The notes under the pieces were generated by a model. It saw only the letters and a list, made by a program, of their open reading frames with translations, searched no databases and was not told the DNA's origin. Source: Patescibacteria group bacterium (lineage in GTDB: Bacteria; Patescibacteriota; Minisyncoccia; UBA6257; GWB1-50-10). From it: a DNA stretch of 64,000 nt. Positions 9,784 through 19,566 of the stretch are shown piece by piece. The position numbers were made by a program, and so were the translations under genes. Position 1 is the stretch's first letter. Each line of letters starts with the position of its first letter. Where the stretch lies: assembly GCA_038065455.1 (NCBI GenBank), contig JBBTQX010000004.1, forward strand, positions 1 through 64,000, written 5' to 3'.

Positions 9784-11146
9784 ATATGTAATTTTTTAGT
9801 TCTTTGATTTTTACGCGTTCCTGTTTCATCGTATCGCGGTCCCGCACCGTCACGTCTTCAGTTTCCAGGCTTTCGAAATCCACCGTGATGCAGTAAGGCG
9901 TGCCGGCTTCGTCCTGCGCCCGATAGCGCTTGCCCACATTTCCCCTGTCGTCCCACGCCACCGTGTACTCTTTCCTCAATTCTTCGTAGATTGTCCGTGC
10001 CAGTTTTACCAGCTCCAGCTTATTAGCCAGAAGCGGAAAAACCGCGGCTTTGTAGGGCGCTAATTTGGGATGTAATTTCAATACAATCCGTTTTTCCATT
10101 TCGTTGTTTTCTTTATTTGAATTTTGGGGCTTGTTTAGGATTTCGGATTTCGGATTTAGGATTTCTTCCGTATACGCATCCATTAGAAAGAAAAGGGTTG
10201 CGCGGTCTACGCCGCCCGAGGTCTCGATGATATAAGGCAGAAAGCGTTCCTTGGATTCCTCGTCGAAATAGGTCAGATCCTGCTTGGAAAATTCCTGATG
10301 GCGCCGCACATCCCAATCGCCCCGATGGTGGATTCCCTCCATCTCCTTCCAGTCGCCTTCCGCGTTATACTCGATATCGAATGCCGCCTGGGCGTAGTGC
10401 GCCAACTGCTCGTGTTCCTTGAAACGGAGATTTTTCTTCGTCATTCCGAGGGACAGATACCACTTCATCCGTTCTTCTTTCCAATATTCCATCCACTTCA
10501 TCGATTCTTTTTTGTCCGGTTTCGTATAGAACTGCAATTCCATCTGCTCGAATTCACGGGAGCGGAAAGTGAGTCCGCCGGGCGTTATCTCGTTCCGGAA
10601 GGCCTTGCCGACCTGGACGACGCCGAACGGGATTTTAACGCGGGTGGAATCCAGAACATTTTTGAAATTCACGTGCACGCCCTGGGTGATTTCGCCGCGG
10701 AGATATGTCTTGAGCTTCTCTCCCTCTATTGAGCCGAGATAGGTCTCGACCATCAGATTGAATTGCTTCGGTTCGGTTATTTCTCCGCCGCAATCGGGAC
10801 ATCCGCCAGCCGGCGGATTTTTCTCCAATTGGTCGGCGCGAAAACGATGGTGGCATTTTTTGCACTCGACGAGCGGGTCGGAAAAAGAATCCAGATGGCC
10901 CGATGCCTCCCAAACCTTCGGATTCATTATTATGGCGGCATCCAGGCCCACGATATTCTCGTGCTCCTGCGTCATGTTCTTCCAAAACTCGTTCTTGATA
11001 TTCCGCTTCAATTCCGCCCCGAGCGGGCCGTAATCCCAAGTACCCGCGAGGCCGCCGTAGATTTCGGAGCCCGGATAAATAAAGCCGCGCCGCTTGGCCA
11101 GAGAAGTAATCTTCTCGAAAATATCCTTCTTTTCTTCCTTCTTCAT
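9761..11146 (-). CDS. glyQS: Glycine--tRNA ligase, alpha2 (homodimeric) type
   Basis: EIYGG..G.WDYGPLG, FRNEITP, FRSREFEQMELQ, anticodon domain GKRYRAQDEAGTP. Confidence 0.95.
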   Translation of the reverse strand: MKKEEKKDIFEKITSLAKRRGFIYPGSEIYGGLAGTWDYGPLGAELKRNIKNEFWKNMTQEHENIVGLDAAIIMNPKVWEASGHLDSFSDPLVECKKCHHRFRADQLEKNPPAGGCPDCGGEITEPKQFNLMVETYLGSIEGEKLKTYLRGEITQGVHVNFKNVLDSTRVKIPFGVVQVGKAFRNEITPGGLTFRSREFEQMELQFYTKPDKKESMKWMEYWKEERMKWYLSLGMTKKNLRFKEHEQLAHYAQAAFDIEYNAEGDWKEMEGIHHRGDWDVRRHQEFSKQDLTYFDEESKERFLPYIIETSGGVDRATLFFLMDAYTEEILNPKSEILNKPQNSNKENNEMEKRIVLKLHPKLAPYKAAVFPLLANKLELVKLARTIYEELRKEYTVAWDDRGNVGKRYRAQDEAGTPYCITVDFESLETEDVTVRDRDTMKQERVKIKELKNYIYEKYQKN

Positions 11147-11197
11147 ATATGAACCTATTGTAAACCGTAAACAACTCTTCACTCAAGTTATCAAAAA

Positions 11198-13006
11198 CTA
11201 TTTAACCACATCGGATTCCCCTGAGATTGCTCCTACTACTGCGCTCGTGACGGAGCCCGCAACGCTTTGCAAATCGAGTCCGGTAAAATTGTCCAAGGCC
11301 TTGAGGCGGGCCGCTCTCAGGAGAAGCTGAGAAGCACCCAACATATCGTCATTCGGCGTTCCTTCGATTTGAAAGACCGCCTCGGCCGGCTCGCTCAAAA
11401 CCCCCTTGGTCGCCGCCACTCGGTCGATTCTCCAAACCACCTCGTTCTCCTTCTCGTCGAAGACGGGCGATTCGCCCAAATTGGCCTTGACCGCGCCACT
11501 CCATTTCACCCCGGCGGCGAGCGCCGCCCTTACCTCGACATTATTCAAATCATTGGAAAAATTCTTTATCACCCAATGGACGGAGTATTGGGTGGATTCG
11601 CCCACTTTGGGCGGCAGATTGCCCGCATCCGTTATTCCGCTTTCTTTGTTATTATGGAAAGTTTGGGCGGTTAGGAGCACCAAGCCGGAAATCTTCGTAT
11701 CCGACGCCACGCTCACCGACGTCTGGCCGGCCGAAAGATAGTAAGGCACCGAAGGCGAAGTCACAATCGCGTTCATCCGAACGGAAAAATTGCGGTCGTT
11801 CAGCCTCGTAAGATTGAACGAGCTTCTTATCTTCGCCTGGAAATTCACCTCGCCGTTCGCGCCCGGATCAAGCATCTTCAAAGCCGGCAAATTCGAGAAA
11901 TTCCAATAAAAAGATTTGGCCGCCGCCGGATCGAGCATTTCTCCGGTCAAAGACGCGTTCAATTTCACGTCGGCTAAAACAATGCCGCTGTCATTCCGAT
12001 AACGGATGGAATAATTGAGGGTTTCGCCGACTTTCGCGGTGTAATCTTCCCGACCGTTCACCGAAACTTCCAGAAAAATCGGCGAAGCGGAAGGCGAGAG
12101 ATTTACCGTTCCTTCCGCGATTGGATATTCGTTCCCACCCAGTTCGGCCGAAATTTTAACGGGAATGACGGCAGTCGCCCCATAGGTCAAATCAAGCCGA
12201 CCAGAAATAACAAGTTTACCCTTCGCCCCGGGAGCCAAAACGCCCAACTTCCAATAATTATTGAGCGAAGCCGGCGGAACGCTCGCCGAATCGAATTTGA
12301 ACGAGTTGGGATACTCCGCCTGCAAGATTAATTCCGAAAAGCTGAAATCGCTCTCATTTTTGTAATTCACTTCCAGCTGAAAGCCCGAACCGCTCAATAT
12401 TTGGCCGGGATTTTTTATTTCCATCGATACGGCCGAGCCTTTTATTTTCACTTCTCCGGCCGATCGAACTTCGAAACGGGTGCCTGTCCCGATCGAGTAG
12501 GATACCGAGGCCGATATTTTCCCGACCGAATTGTCTTCGCCTGTTGCCAAGAGGGAAAAAGTTTTTTTAACCAGGTTTCCCGAAGCGATGTCACCCGCGC
12601 TTTCCGTCGCCAAATTACGGCCTGCGGGAAAACCAGGCACGGCGATGCCCTCGGGAAGATTGAGGGTAATCACGGCTTTATTAATAACCCCGCCTGAATT
12701 ATTCGCCATACTAACTTCAACGGAAAAAGGGGTACCCCGTGAAACGCTCTTGGGAACGGATACCTCTAGTGTCACATCCCGGGAAACGGAAGTATAGGAA
12801 AAGATGAAAAATAAGCCGGCGCCGACTATGAGGAGTGCAATAATACTGCCGATAAGAAGTATTTTTTTGAGCCACCTGTGATGATCTTCGATATCATCCT
12901 CAAATTCGCGGATTTTTTCGGCGAAAGGCTCGATCCCGGCTTTTTTTGCGGTGGGAAACTTTTTTTGGAAAGTTTTGAGCCTTTTCTCGAGGTTATTCAG
13001 GGCCAT
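11198..13006 (-). CDS. Membrane-anchored Ig-like/DUF11-like repeat protein
   Basis: Single N-terminal TM followed by beta-rich repeats (e.g. YSIRYRN, W..G.L.PG..G). Confidence 0.65.
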   Translation of the reverse strand: MALNNLEKRLKTFQKKFPTAKKAGIEPFAEKIREFEDDIEDHHRWLKKILLIGSIIALLIVGAGLFFIFSYTSVSRDVTLEVSVPKSVSRGTPFSVEVSMANNSGGVINKAVITLNLPEGIAVPGFPAGRNLATESAGDIASGNLVKKTFSLLATGEDNSVGKISASVSYSIGTGTRFEVRSAGEVKIKGSAVSMEIKNPGQILSGSGFQLEVNYKNESDFSFSELILQAEYPNSFKFDSASVPPASLNNYWKLGVLAPGAKGKLVISGRLDLTYGATAVIPVKISAELGGNEYPIAEGTVNLSPSASPIFLEVSVNGREDYTAKVGETLNYSIRYRNDSGIVLADVKLNASLTGEMLDPAAAKSFYWNFSNLPALKMLDPGANGEVNFQAKIRSSFNLTRLNDRNFSVRMNAIVTSPSVPYYLSAGQTSVSVASDTKISGLVLLTAQTFHNNKESGITDAGNLPPKVGESTQYSVHWVIKNFSNDLNNVEVRAALAAGVKWSGAVKANLGESPVFDEKENEVVWRIDRVAATKGVLSEPAEAVFQIEGTPNDDMLGASQLLLRAARLKALDNFTGLDLQSVAGSVTSAVVGAISGESDVVK

Positions 13007-13539
13007 TAGAGATATATTAACTCATCACTCTTCGTTTTTAAACCGCAATTCCGGCAAAAAAATGACTGGTCTTTCGCACGGAAAAAAGCGGCAGGTCTTC
13101 CCGCGCAAATATCGCACTCCGCCTCCTGCGGATCGTAGCCGAGCGCCTTGAGAAAAACTTTGACGTCTCCATCCGCCGAAGCCAGACCCTTCACAATCAA
13201 ATGCCATAGGCGCAAATCGGGCACTCCTTTGGGAGTGAGCGCCCGCACCAGGGATATTATCCTGAAAGCCGAGGGATAGAATTTCGGATCTTGCCGATTT
13301 TTCCGAAAACTTTCATCAGTCAAAGCATCCGTGAGAATAATGCGATTTTTTTCCGCCAAACGCACTATTATTACATTGAATAAATTCAAATGCGGGGAGA
13401 GCTTCGAAAGAATCCGCCGCCCGCCCACGACATTCGATTCCAAACGGCCGAAATCTCTGGTATAAAGATCGACTACTCGGTCGCTTTCTTTATGCGGACG
13501 AAGCCCAAGAACCACCGCTTGAGTGAGATATTCCGTCAT
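13006..13539 (-). CDS. recO: DNA repair protein RecO
   Basis: MTEYLTQAVVL...ESDRVVDLYTRDFGR N-terminal OB fold; C-terminal CxxC..CxxC; ATGA overlap with upstream gene. Confidence 0.85.
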   Translation of the reverse strand: MTEYLTQAVVLGLRPHKESDRVVDLYTRDFGRLESNVVGGRRILSKLSPHLNLFNVIIVRLAEKNRIILTDALTDESFRKNRQDPKFYPSAFRIISLVRALTPKGVPDLRLWHLIVKGLASADGDVKVFLKALGYDPQEAECDICAGRPAAFFRAKDQSFFCRNCGLKTKSDELIYL

Positions 13540-15026
13540 CGGGATGCGGGCAGATTGTCTTTCGGGGTCCGCCAATACCCCAAACGGAATCGGCCGCCGA
13601 GCATTAGCCGCGTTTGGGCGTCCAATGCCGGAAACGCCGAGAAAACTATGAAAACCAGCGGAGTGAGCAGCCACTCGAGAAAATACCAGATCAAATACCA
13701 CCGCTTGAAGCCTTTGAGCCGCGGATAAAGAATGATAATGCTCAAAAAAGCCGAGGTAATAATGCCGATGGAGCTCAAATTCAATATCCAGCCGGTCAGG
13801 CGGGGAAGATTGTACGAGATGACTGAGGTCCGAAACGCCTCGTCTCCCAATAAATTCGGGAACCAGCCGAAAAGAAAGATGATAAAAGAGCTTGTGGACC
13901 AGGAATATACGCCGTCAAAAAGCGTCCATTTCCAAAAACGCCCGACTTTGGCCGGAAAAGATTTATCTTTCGAAAAATCATTCGCCGCCCGGGCCAAATT
14001 CTCGGCACCCCAGGCCCAGCGCCTCTGTTGTTTATAAAGATTCTTGAGCGCCGCGAAAAAAGTTTCGCCGGCCACCGCGTCCATGTAAACGGGATAAAGA
14101 AGCGGTTCGGCCCGCCAATCGCCCTTATAATGCGCGAGGCATTGGAAAAATATTCTCGAATCTTCGGAAACGATATCGGTCTCCCAAAACCCGACTTCGA
14201 CCAAGGCCTTGAGCGGCATACTATGGGAAGAGAATGATACCAATTGCTCCGGCCGCGACTCCTGCATTAATTGCCAGAAAGAGCCGGAAAATCCGACCAA
14301 GCGGGCGAAAAACGGGGCTTCATGGACGTTATTGATAAAAAGCGGAATTGGCTGGAAACTCGAGCGATATGGATGGGACGAATTCAGGAATTTATAGGCG
14401 AGTATTCCGAAATAATCCTGATCGGTGCGCGTATCGATATCGAAAACCGAGACCAGAACGTCGTCGTAAGAAATACTTAAAGGGTTAATGAGTTTTGAAA
14501 GCGCTTCTTTGGCCGCCCAAGCCTGATTCGATCCCTTGCCGGCCAGCTCACCCGGCAAATCGGCCGGATGACGGGTTATTAGAAAACCCTTGAAAGCGGC
14601 GCCGAACTCTTCTTCGATTTTCAAAGCGGTTTCCCGGTCGGTTTCTCCTCCCCTTTCTTCGGTCGCAAGAACGACGAAAAATTTTTCTTTCGGATAATTG
14701 GCTTCTATGAGATTTGAAAATGCCTGTTTTATTATCCCATAGCTTTCCCGATAGACCGGCAATATCACCAAGTGGCGGATTTTCTCCCAATTTTCCGGAT
14801 TATCTTTTTTCAACTTCGCGAGCCAATCCATCTTCAGATTGGCATTCATCTTGGTGAACGACGAACGGAGGTGAAAAAAGAGATAGATTAGCTTTAAAAA
14901 CCAATAAAGATCGTAAAGAAGGATGAAAACGACCACGGCGACGGGCGCGCGCCAAGAAAGAAATGCGAGACCGAAAAGAGTAAGCCAGGCCAGGGCGCCA
15001 GGCATTATTTCCCAAAATCGAATCAT
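13536..15026 (-). CDS. GT2 family processive membrane glycosyltransferase
   Basis: DID, SED, QQRRW (D,D,D,QxxRW) motifs with flanking TM helices. Confidence 0.85.
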   Translation of the reverse strand: MIRFWEIMPGALAWLTLFGLAFLSWRAPVAVVVFILLYDLYWFLKLIYLFFHLRSSFTKMNANLKMDWLAKLKKDNPENWEKIRHLVILPVYRESYGIIKQAFSNLIEANYPKEKFFVVLATEERGGETDRETALKIEEEFGAAFKGFLITRHPADLPGELAGKGSNQAWAAKEALSKLINPLSISYDDVLVSVFDIDTRTDQDYFGILAYKFLNSSHPYRSSFQPIPLFINNVHEAPFFARLVGFSGSFWQLMQESRPEQLVSFSSHSMPLKALVEVGFWETDIVSEDSRIFFQCLAHYKGDWRAEPLLYPVYMDAVAGETFFAALKNLYKQQRRWAWGAENLARAANDFSKDKSFPAKVGRFWKWTLFDGVYSWSTSSFIIFLFGWFPNLLGDEAFRTSVISYNLPRLTGWILNLSSIGIITSAFLSIIILYPRLKGFKRWYLIWYFLEWLLTPLVFIVFSAFPALDAQTRLMLGGRFRLGYWRTPKDNLPASR

Positions 15027-15039
15027 AAAAAGAGGCTAT

Positions 15040-15441
15040 TTAGTATATGAGGATACCGAGGAAATTCTCCAAACTGTAAGCTCCGCCGCCGAGAACCGCA
15101 AGCGCGATTGCCGCGGCGAAAATAATGAGGTCGAATTCATAGCCGTCCGCCAATCCTTTCTTCATTTTCATCTTCAAAATTATGACGGCAAATTGAATCG
15201 CGATTAATACCGCGACGAGCTGGACGAGAAATCCGGCCAGCAAAAATATTCCGCCGACGAACTCCAATATTGAAACGACGGCCGCCCAAAAGATTCCCGG
15301 CTTAAATATCTGTCCCATCCACTCCGCCGTTCCTTTGATGTTTTTTATCTTCGGCCAGCCATGGGCGATTAAAATGATGCCCAATATCACCCTTAAAAAA
15401 GCTATCCCGATGCCCCCGAATACAAATAAAGGTTGAATCAT
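15040..15441 (-). CDS. DoxX family membrane protein
   Basis: LRVILG...HGWPK, EFVGG, GYEF, GGGAYSL; start at MIQPL. Confidence 0.85.
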   Translation of the reverse strand: MIQPLFVFGGIGIAFLRVILGIILIAHGWPKIKNIKGTAEWMGQIFKPGIFWAAVVSILEFVGGIFLLAGFLVQLVAVLIAIQFAVIILKMKMKKGLADGYEFDLIIFAAAIALAVLGGGAYSLENFLGILIY

Positions 15442-15486
15442 GCCTGTAAGTATACAACCGCCGGATTTATCCGTAAAATGGTTGGA

Positions 15487-16593
15487 ATGAAGATACTCGC
15501 AATCGAAACGTCCTGCGATGAAACCGCGCTCGCGCTTCTCAAAGCAAGCGGGGGCTTGCGCGCTCCGAAATTTAAAGTCATTAAGAATCTGGTCTCTTCC
15601 CAGATAGAAGTGCATCGGCCCTGGGGTGGCGTCGTGCCGAACCTCGCCAAACGAGAACACATTAAAAATTTGCCGATTGTGTTTGAGCAAATTTTTTCAA
15701 ATCCTAAATACCGATTTCATCGAGTATCCTCGACAAAGTCGGGACAAATTCAAAATTCTAAAATCCAAATTCCAAAAATTGATCTGCTGGCCGTAACAGT
15801 GGGACCGGGACTGGAGCCGGCACTTTGGACCGGCGTCGAATTCGCAAAAGAATTGAAAAAAAATATTTTTCCGAAAGTTCCGCTAATCGGCGCAAACCAT
15901 TTGGAGGGACACCTATACAGTTTTTTGCTATCGCAAAAAACTGCAAATCCTAAATCCAAAATCCTAAATCCTAAAATATTTCCCGCAATTGCGCTTATAG
16001 CAAGCGGGGGTCATACCATTCTTCTCAAGATGGAATCACTCATAAAATGGAAAAAATTGGGTGAAACGCGGGATGACGCGGTGGGCGAGGCTTTCGATAA
16101 AGCGGCAAGAATACTCGGCCTTCCCTACCCTGGCGGACCGGAAATTCAGAAGCTCGCAGCTAACGGCAATCCCGAAGCCGTCGCCTTCCCTCGTCCGATG
16201 ATTTACGACAATTCGCCGACTGGCAAATATGAATTCAGTTTCTCTGGTTTGAAAACTTCCGTCCTTTATTATCTGCGGGATAATCCGAAAGCCGACAAAG
16301 CGAATGTAGCCGCCTCATTCCAGAAAGCTGCGGTGGACGTTCTGATATCGAAAACCGCCCGCGCCGTTCGGGAATTTAAGGCGAAATCGGTAATGCTTTC
16401 GGGCGGCGTCGCGGCCAACGCGTATCTTAGAGACAGACTGCGAGAGGCAAGCGACAAGATGGGTGTAAATTTCCTGGTGCCGCCGATGGATTTCAATACC
16501 GATAACGCCGTGATGATCGCGGCCGCGGCCTATATCCAAAATCTGCGCAAAAAGAAATACGCCATTCGCGCCCAAGGGAATTTGAATTTATAA
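15487..16593 (+). CDS. tsaD: tRNA N6-adenosine threonylcarbamoyltransferase
   Basis: ILAIETSCDET, HLEGH, DDAVGEAFDK, FSFSGLKT, GGVAAN, TDNAVMIA; contains repeat-derived inserts. Confidence 0.95.
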   Translation: MKILAIETSCDETALALLKASGGLRAPKFKVIKNLVSSQIEVHRPWGGVVPNLAKREHIKNLPIVFEQIFSNPKYRFHRVSSTKSGQIQNSKIQIPKIDLLAVTVGPGLEPALWTGVEFAKELKKNIFPKVPLIGANHLEGHLYSFLLSQKTANPKSKILNPKIFPAIALIASGGHTILLKMESLIKWKKLGETRDDAVGEAFDKAARILGLPYPGGPEIQKLAANGNPEAVAFPRPMIYDNSPTGKYEFSFSGLKTSVLYYLRDNPKADKANVAASFQKAAVDVLISKTARAVREFKAKSVMLSGGVAANAYLRDRLREASDKMGVNFLVPPMDFNTDNAVMIAAAAYIQNLRKKKYAIRAQGNLNL

Positions 16594-16600
16594 TTGGAAT

Positions 16601-18865
16601 ATGAACGCTGATTTTTCAAAGCCCTATGACCCGAAGATAACCGAAGAAAAAATATACCAGCTTTGGCTTGATTCCGGCTATTTCAATCCGGACAACCTGC
16701 CTGCGCAGGCAGGCCTGCCTGTCGCAAAAATCAAAAATTCAAAAATTAAAAATTACGTGGTATATATGCCCCTCCCGAACGTGACGGGCACGCTCCATAT
16801 GGGCCACGCCTTGAACAACACCATTCAGGATATTCTCATCCGTTATCATCGGATGAAGGGATATAAAACGCTCTGGCTCCCCGGCACAGACCACGCCGGC
16901 ATCGCCACGCAGTACGTGGTGGAAAAAGACCTGCGAAAACAAAATATTTCCCGTTTCGAACTCGGCCGGGAAAAATTCGTGGAGAAGGTCTGGGAATGGA
17001 AGAAAAAATATGGCGACGCGATCTTAAACCAGCTCAAAAAAATTGGCATCTCGGCCGATTGGTCCCGCACGCGCTTCACGATGGACGAAGCCTATAGCCA
17101 AGATGTTTTAAAAGTCTTCGTTCATTACTACGAGAAGGGCTGGCTTTATCGCGGACTCCGCACCGTGAACTGGTGCCCGAAGGATGGCACAAGCCTCTCC
17201 GAGCTGGAACTGGAATACGAGGATACCGAAACCAAACTCTGGTATATCAACTATCCGCTTACGGATAGTAAATCCGAAATCCGAAATCCGAAATCCGAAT
17301 TCATAACAGTGGCGACAACGAGACCCGAAACGATGCTGGGCGATACCGCGATTGCCGTGAATCCCGCCGACAAGAGATACAAGCATCTTATCGGAAAGAC
17401 CGTCGTCCTTCCGATTCAAAATCGAGAGATACCGATTGTGGGCGATATCGCGATAGACCCTAAGTTCGGCACGGGCGCGGTCAAGGTGACGCCGGCCCAC
17501 GATATTCTCGATTTCGAAATCGGCCAACGGCACAAACTGGAAACGATTCAGGTAATAGACGAACGGGCCAAAATGACGGTGATAGCCGGAAAGTATGCCG
17601 GACTAAAAGCCGTTGAAGCCCGCGAAAAAATCGTGAACGACCTCAAAGAAATGGGGCTTCTGGTAAAAGAAGAAAAATATCAAACCCGCGTCGCGAAGTG
17701 CTACCGTTGCGGCACGATTATTGAGCCTATCCCATCCAATCAATGGTTTTTGAAGATGGATAAATTGGGAGCGATGGCGAAGCAGGCCGTGAAATCCAAA
17801 AAAGTGAGAATTCAGCCGAAAAATTTCGAGAAAACCTACTTGAATTGGCTTGAAAACGTCCGCGACTGGTCGGTCTCCCGCCAAATTTGGTGGGGACACC
17901 GGTTGCCGGTTTGGTTTCACGAGCCGAAGTGCGTTCCCAAAAAGGGCCGCGAAAAGGATTCCGCCAAGTGCGAGGAGATGGTGGTTTCGCTCACCGAACC
18001 GGAGTGTAAATATTGCGAAGGGAAATATATCCAATCGGAAGACGTGCTTGATACCTGGTTTTCCTCCGCTCTTTGGCCATTTGCCGGGCTTTCTAAAGAA
18101 GATGCAGAAAAATATTATCCCGGAAACGTCCTCGTAACCGCCCGCGACATCATTAATTTATGGGTCGCGCGGATGATCTTCTCCGGCTTAGAATTCAAGA
18201 AAAAGGTTCCCTTCACTGATGTCTTCATTAACGGCACCATCCTTGCCAAGGACGGCCGGCGAATGTCCAAAAGCCTCGGCACTGGCATTGACCCGCTGAA
18301 TTACATCGGACTGCATGGAGCGGACGCGACACGTTTCGCTATCATCTGGCAGGCCTCCGGCCAGGATATCCGCTGGGACGAGGCGGCCGTCATGGCCGGC
18401 CGGAAATTCTGCAATAAAATCTGGAACGCATCCCGCTTTGTTATAGAACAAAGCGGAAATCCGAAATCCGAAATCCGAAATCCGAAACCTCGAACGGCAG
18501 CGGATAAAAAGATTCTTAAGAAGCTCGCGGCGGTGAAAAAACAAACCGGAAAAAACATAGAAAAATTCGAGTTCTCGAAAGCGCTCCACGATATTTACGA
18601 TTTCTTCTGGCATGAGTTCTGCGACATTTACATCGAGGAGACAAAAAAAATTCACCCCGTTAGAAATAGCCCGCCCCAAGGCCCGGAGGGCGCGCGCCGC
18701 GCGGGCGAGATTTCTAACGGGGCAGGAGGAAATTCGGCAGAAATATTGATGTATGTATTAAAAGAATCCCTTAAAATGCTCCATCCATTCATGCCATTCA
18801 TCACGGAAGCGATCTATGGAAACATGGCCGAAAAAAATGGGCTTTTAATGGTTGAAAAATGGTAG
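16601..18865 (+). CDS. valS: Valine--tRNA ligase (lacks C-terminal coiled coil)
   Basis: PNVTGTLHMGHA, PGTDHAGIATQ, ATTRPET, DTWFSS, RMSKS. Confidence 0.96.
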   Translation: MNADFSKPYDPKITEEKIYQLWLDSGYFNPDNLPAQAGLPVAKIKNSKIKNYVVYMPLPNVTGTLHMGHALNNTIQDILIRYHRMKGYKTLWLPGTDHAGIATQYVVEKDLRKQNISRFELGREKFVEKVWEWKKKYGDAILNQLKKIGISADWSRTRFTMDEAYSQDVLKVFVHYYEKGWLYRGLRTVNWCPKDGTSLSELELEYEDTETKLWYINYPLTDSKSEIRNPKSEFITVATTRPETMLGDTAIAVNPADKRYKHLIGKTVVLPIQNREIPIVGDIAIDPKFGTGAVKVTPAHDILDFEIGQRHKLETIQVIDERAKMTVIAGKYAGLKAVEAREKIVNDLKEMGLLVKEEKYQTRVAKCYRCGTIIEPIPSNQWFLKMDKLGAMAKQAVKSKKVRIQPKNFEKTYLNWLENVRDWSVSRQIWWGHRLPVWFHEPKCVPKKGREKDSAKCEEMVVSLTEPECKYCEGKYIQSEDVLDTWFSSALWPFAGLSKEDAEKYYPGNVLVTARDIINLWVARMIFSGLEFKKKVPFTDVFINGTILAKDGRRMSKSLGTGIDPLNYIGLHGADATRFAIIWQASGQDIRWDEAAVMAGRKFCNKIWNASRFVIEQSGNPKSEIRNPKPRTAADKKILKKLAAVKKQTGKNIEKFEFSKALHDIYDFFWHEFCDIYIEETKKIHPVRNSPPQGPEGARRAGEISNGAGGNSAEILMYVLKESLKMLHPFMPFITEAIYGNMAEKNGLLMVEKW
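18656..18721. mobile_element. MITE-like element family A, GC-rich subtype, 66 bp in frame in valS
   Basis: cccgttagaaat...atttctaacggg; translated as PVRNSPPQGPEGARRAGEISNG. Confidence 0.75.
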
Positions 18866-19539
18866 CCGCACTCAACTTAGCCGTTATCCTTGCGCTCGCC
18901 TTCCTGCCTTCCATCGTCTGGCTCATTTTCTTTCTCAAGGAAGACCGCCATCCCGAACCGAAGAAATTGATATTTTTGGTCTTCTGCGCGGGCGCGCTCG
19001 CGAGCGTTCCGGCGATTGTTTTTCAATTCGGATTCCAGAGATTTGTGAGCAACCCTCTTCACCTTTTTATCGTTACCATTCTCGGACTGGCGCTCATTGA
19101 GGAAATTTTCAAGTTTTCCGCGGCTTATTTCAGCGTCCGAAAAGAGCCGGCCTTCAACGAGCCGGTGGACGCGATGATTTATTCCATCGTCGCCGCCCTG
19201 GGCTTCGCCACGATAGAAAATTTGTTCATTATGGGGGACAAGATGCAATATTTGACCGTAAACAGCCTAATCGTGAGCGTGAGCACGCTCGGTTTCCGCT
19301 TCGTGGGTGCTACCCTGCTCCATACTCTCGCCTCGGCCTTCGCTGGCTACTATTGGGCCAGGCGGAAAATTTTCCTCGGTCTCGCGGCGGCCACACTCTC
19401 TCATTTCATCTTCAATTATCTCGTTTATCGATTCGAAAGCGTGAGTCTGCTTTACCCCTCCATTTTCCTCGTTTTTCTCGCAATCTTCATCTTCAATGAT
19501 TTTTCAAAATTGGACAGGCAACAAAATTCATCGGACTAA
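18859..19539 (+). CDS. prsW: PrsW family intramembrane metalloprotease
   Basis: EDRHPEP, IEEIFK, GFATIEN, H...H motifs in TM helices. Confidence 0.87.
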   Translation: MVAALNLAVILALAFLPSIVWLIFFLKEDRHPEPKKLIFLVFCAGALASVPAIVFQFGFQRFVSNPLHLFIVTILGLALIEEIFKFSAAYFSVRKEPAFNEPVDAMIYSIVAALGFATIENLFIMGDKMQYLTVNSLIVSVSTLGFRFVGATLLHTLASAFAGYYWARRKIFLGLAAATLSHFIFNYLVYRFESVSLLYPSIFLVFLAIFIFNDFSKLDRQQNSSD

Positions 19540-19566
19540 CCTCTCCGCAATTGGTATAATAAACTT

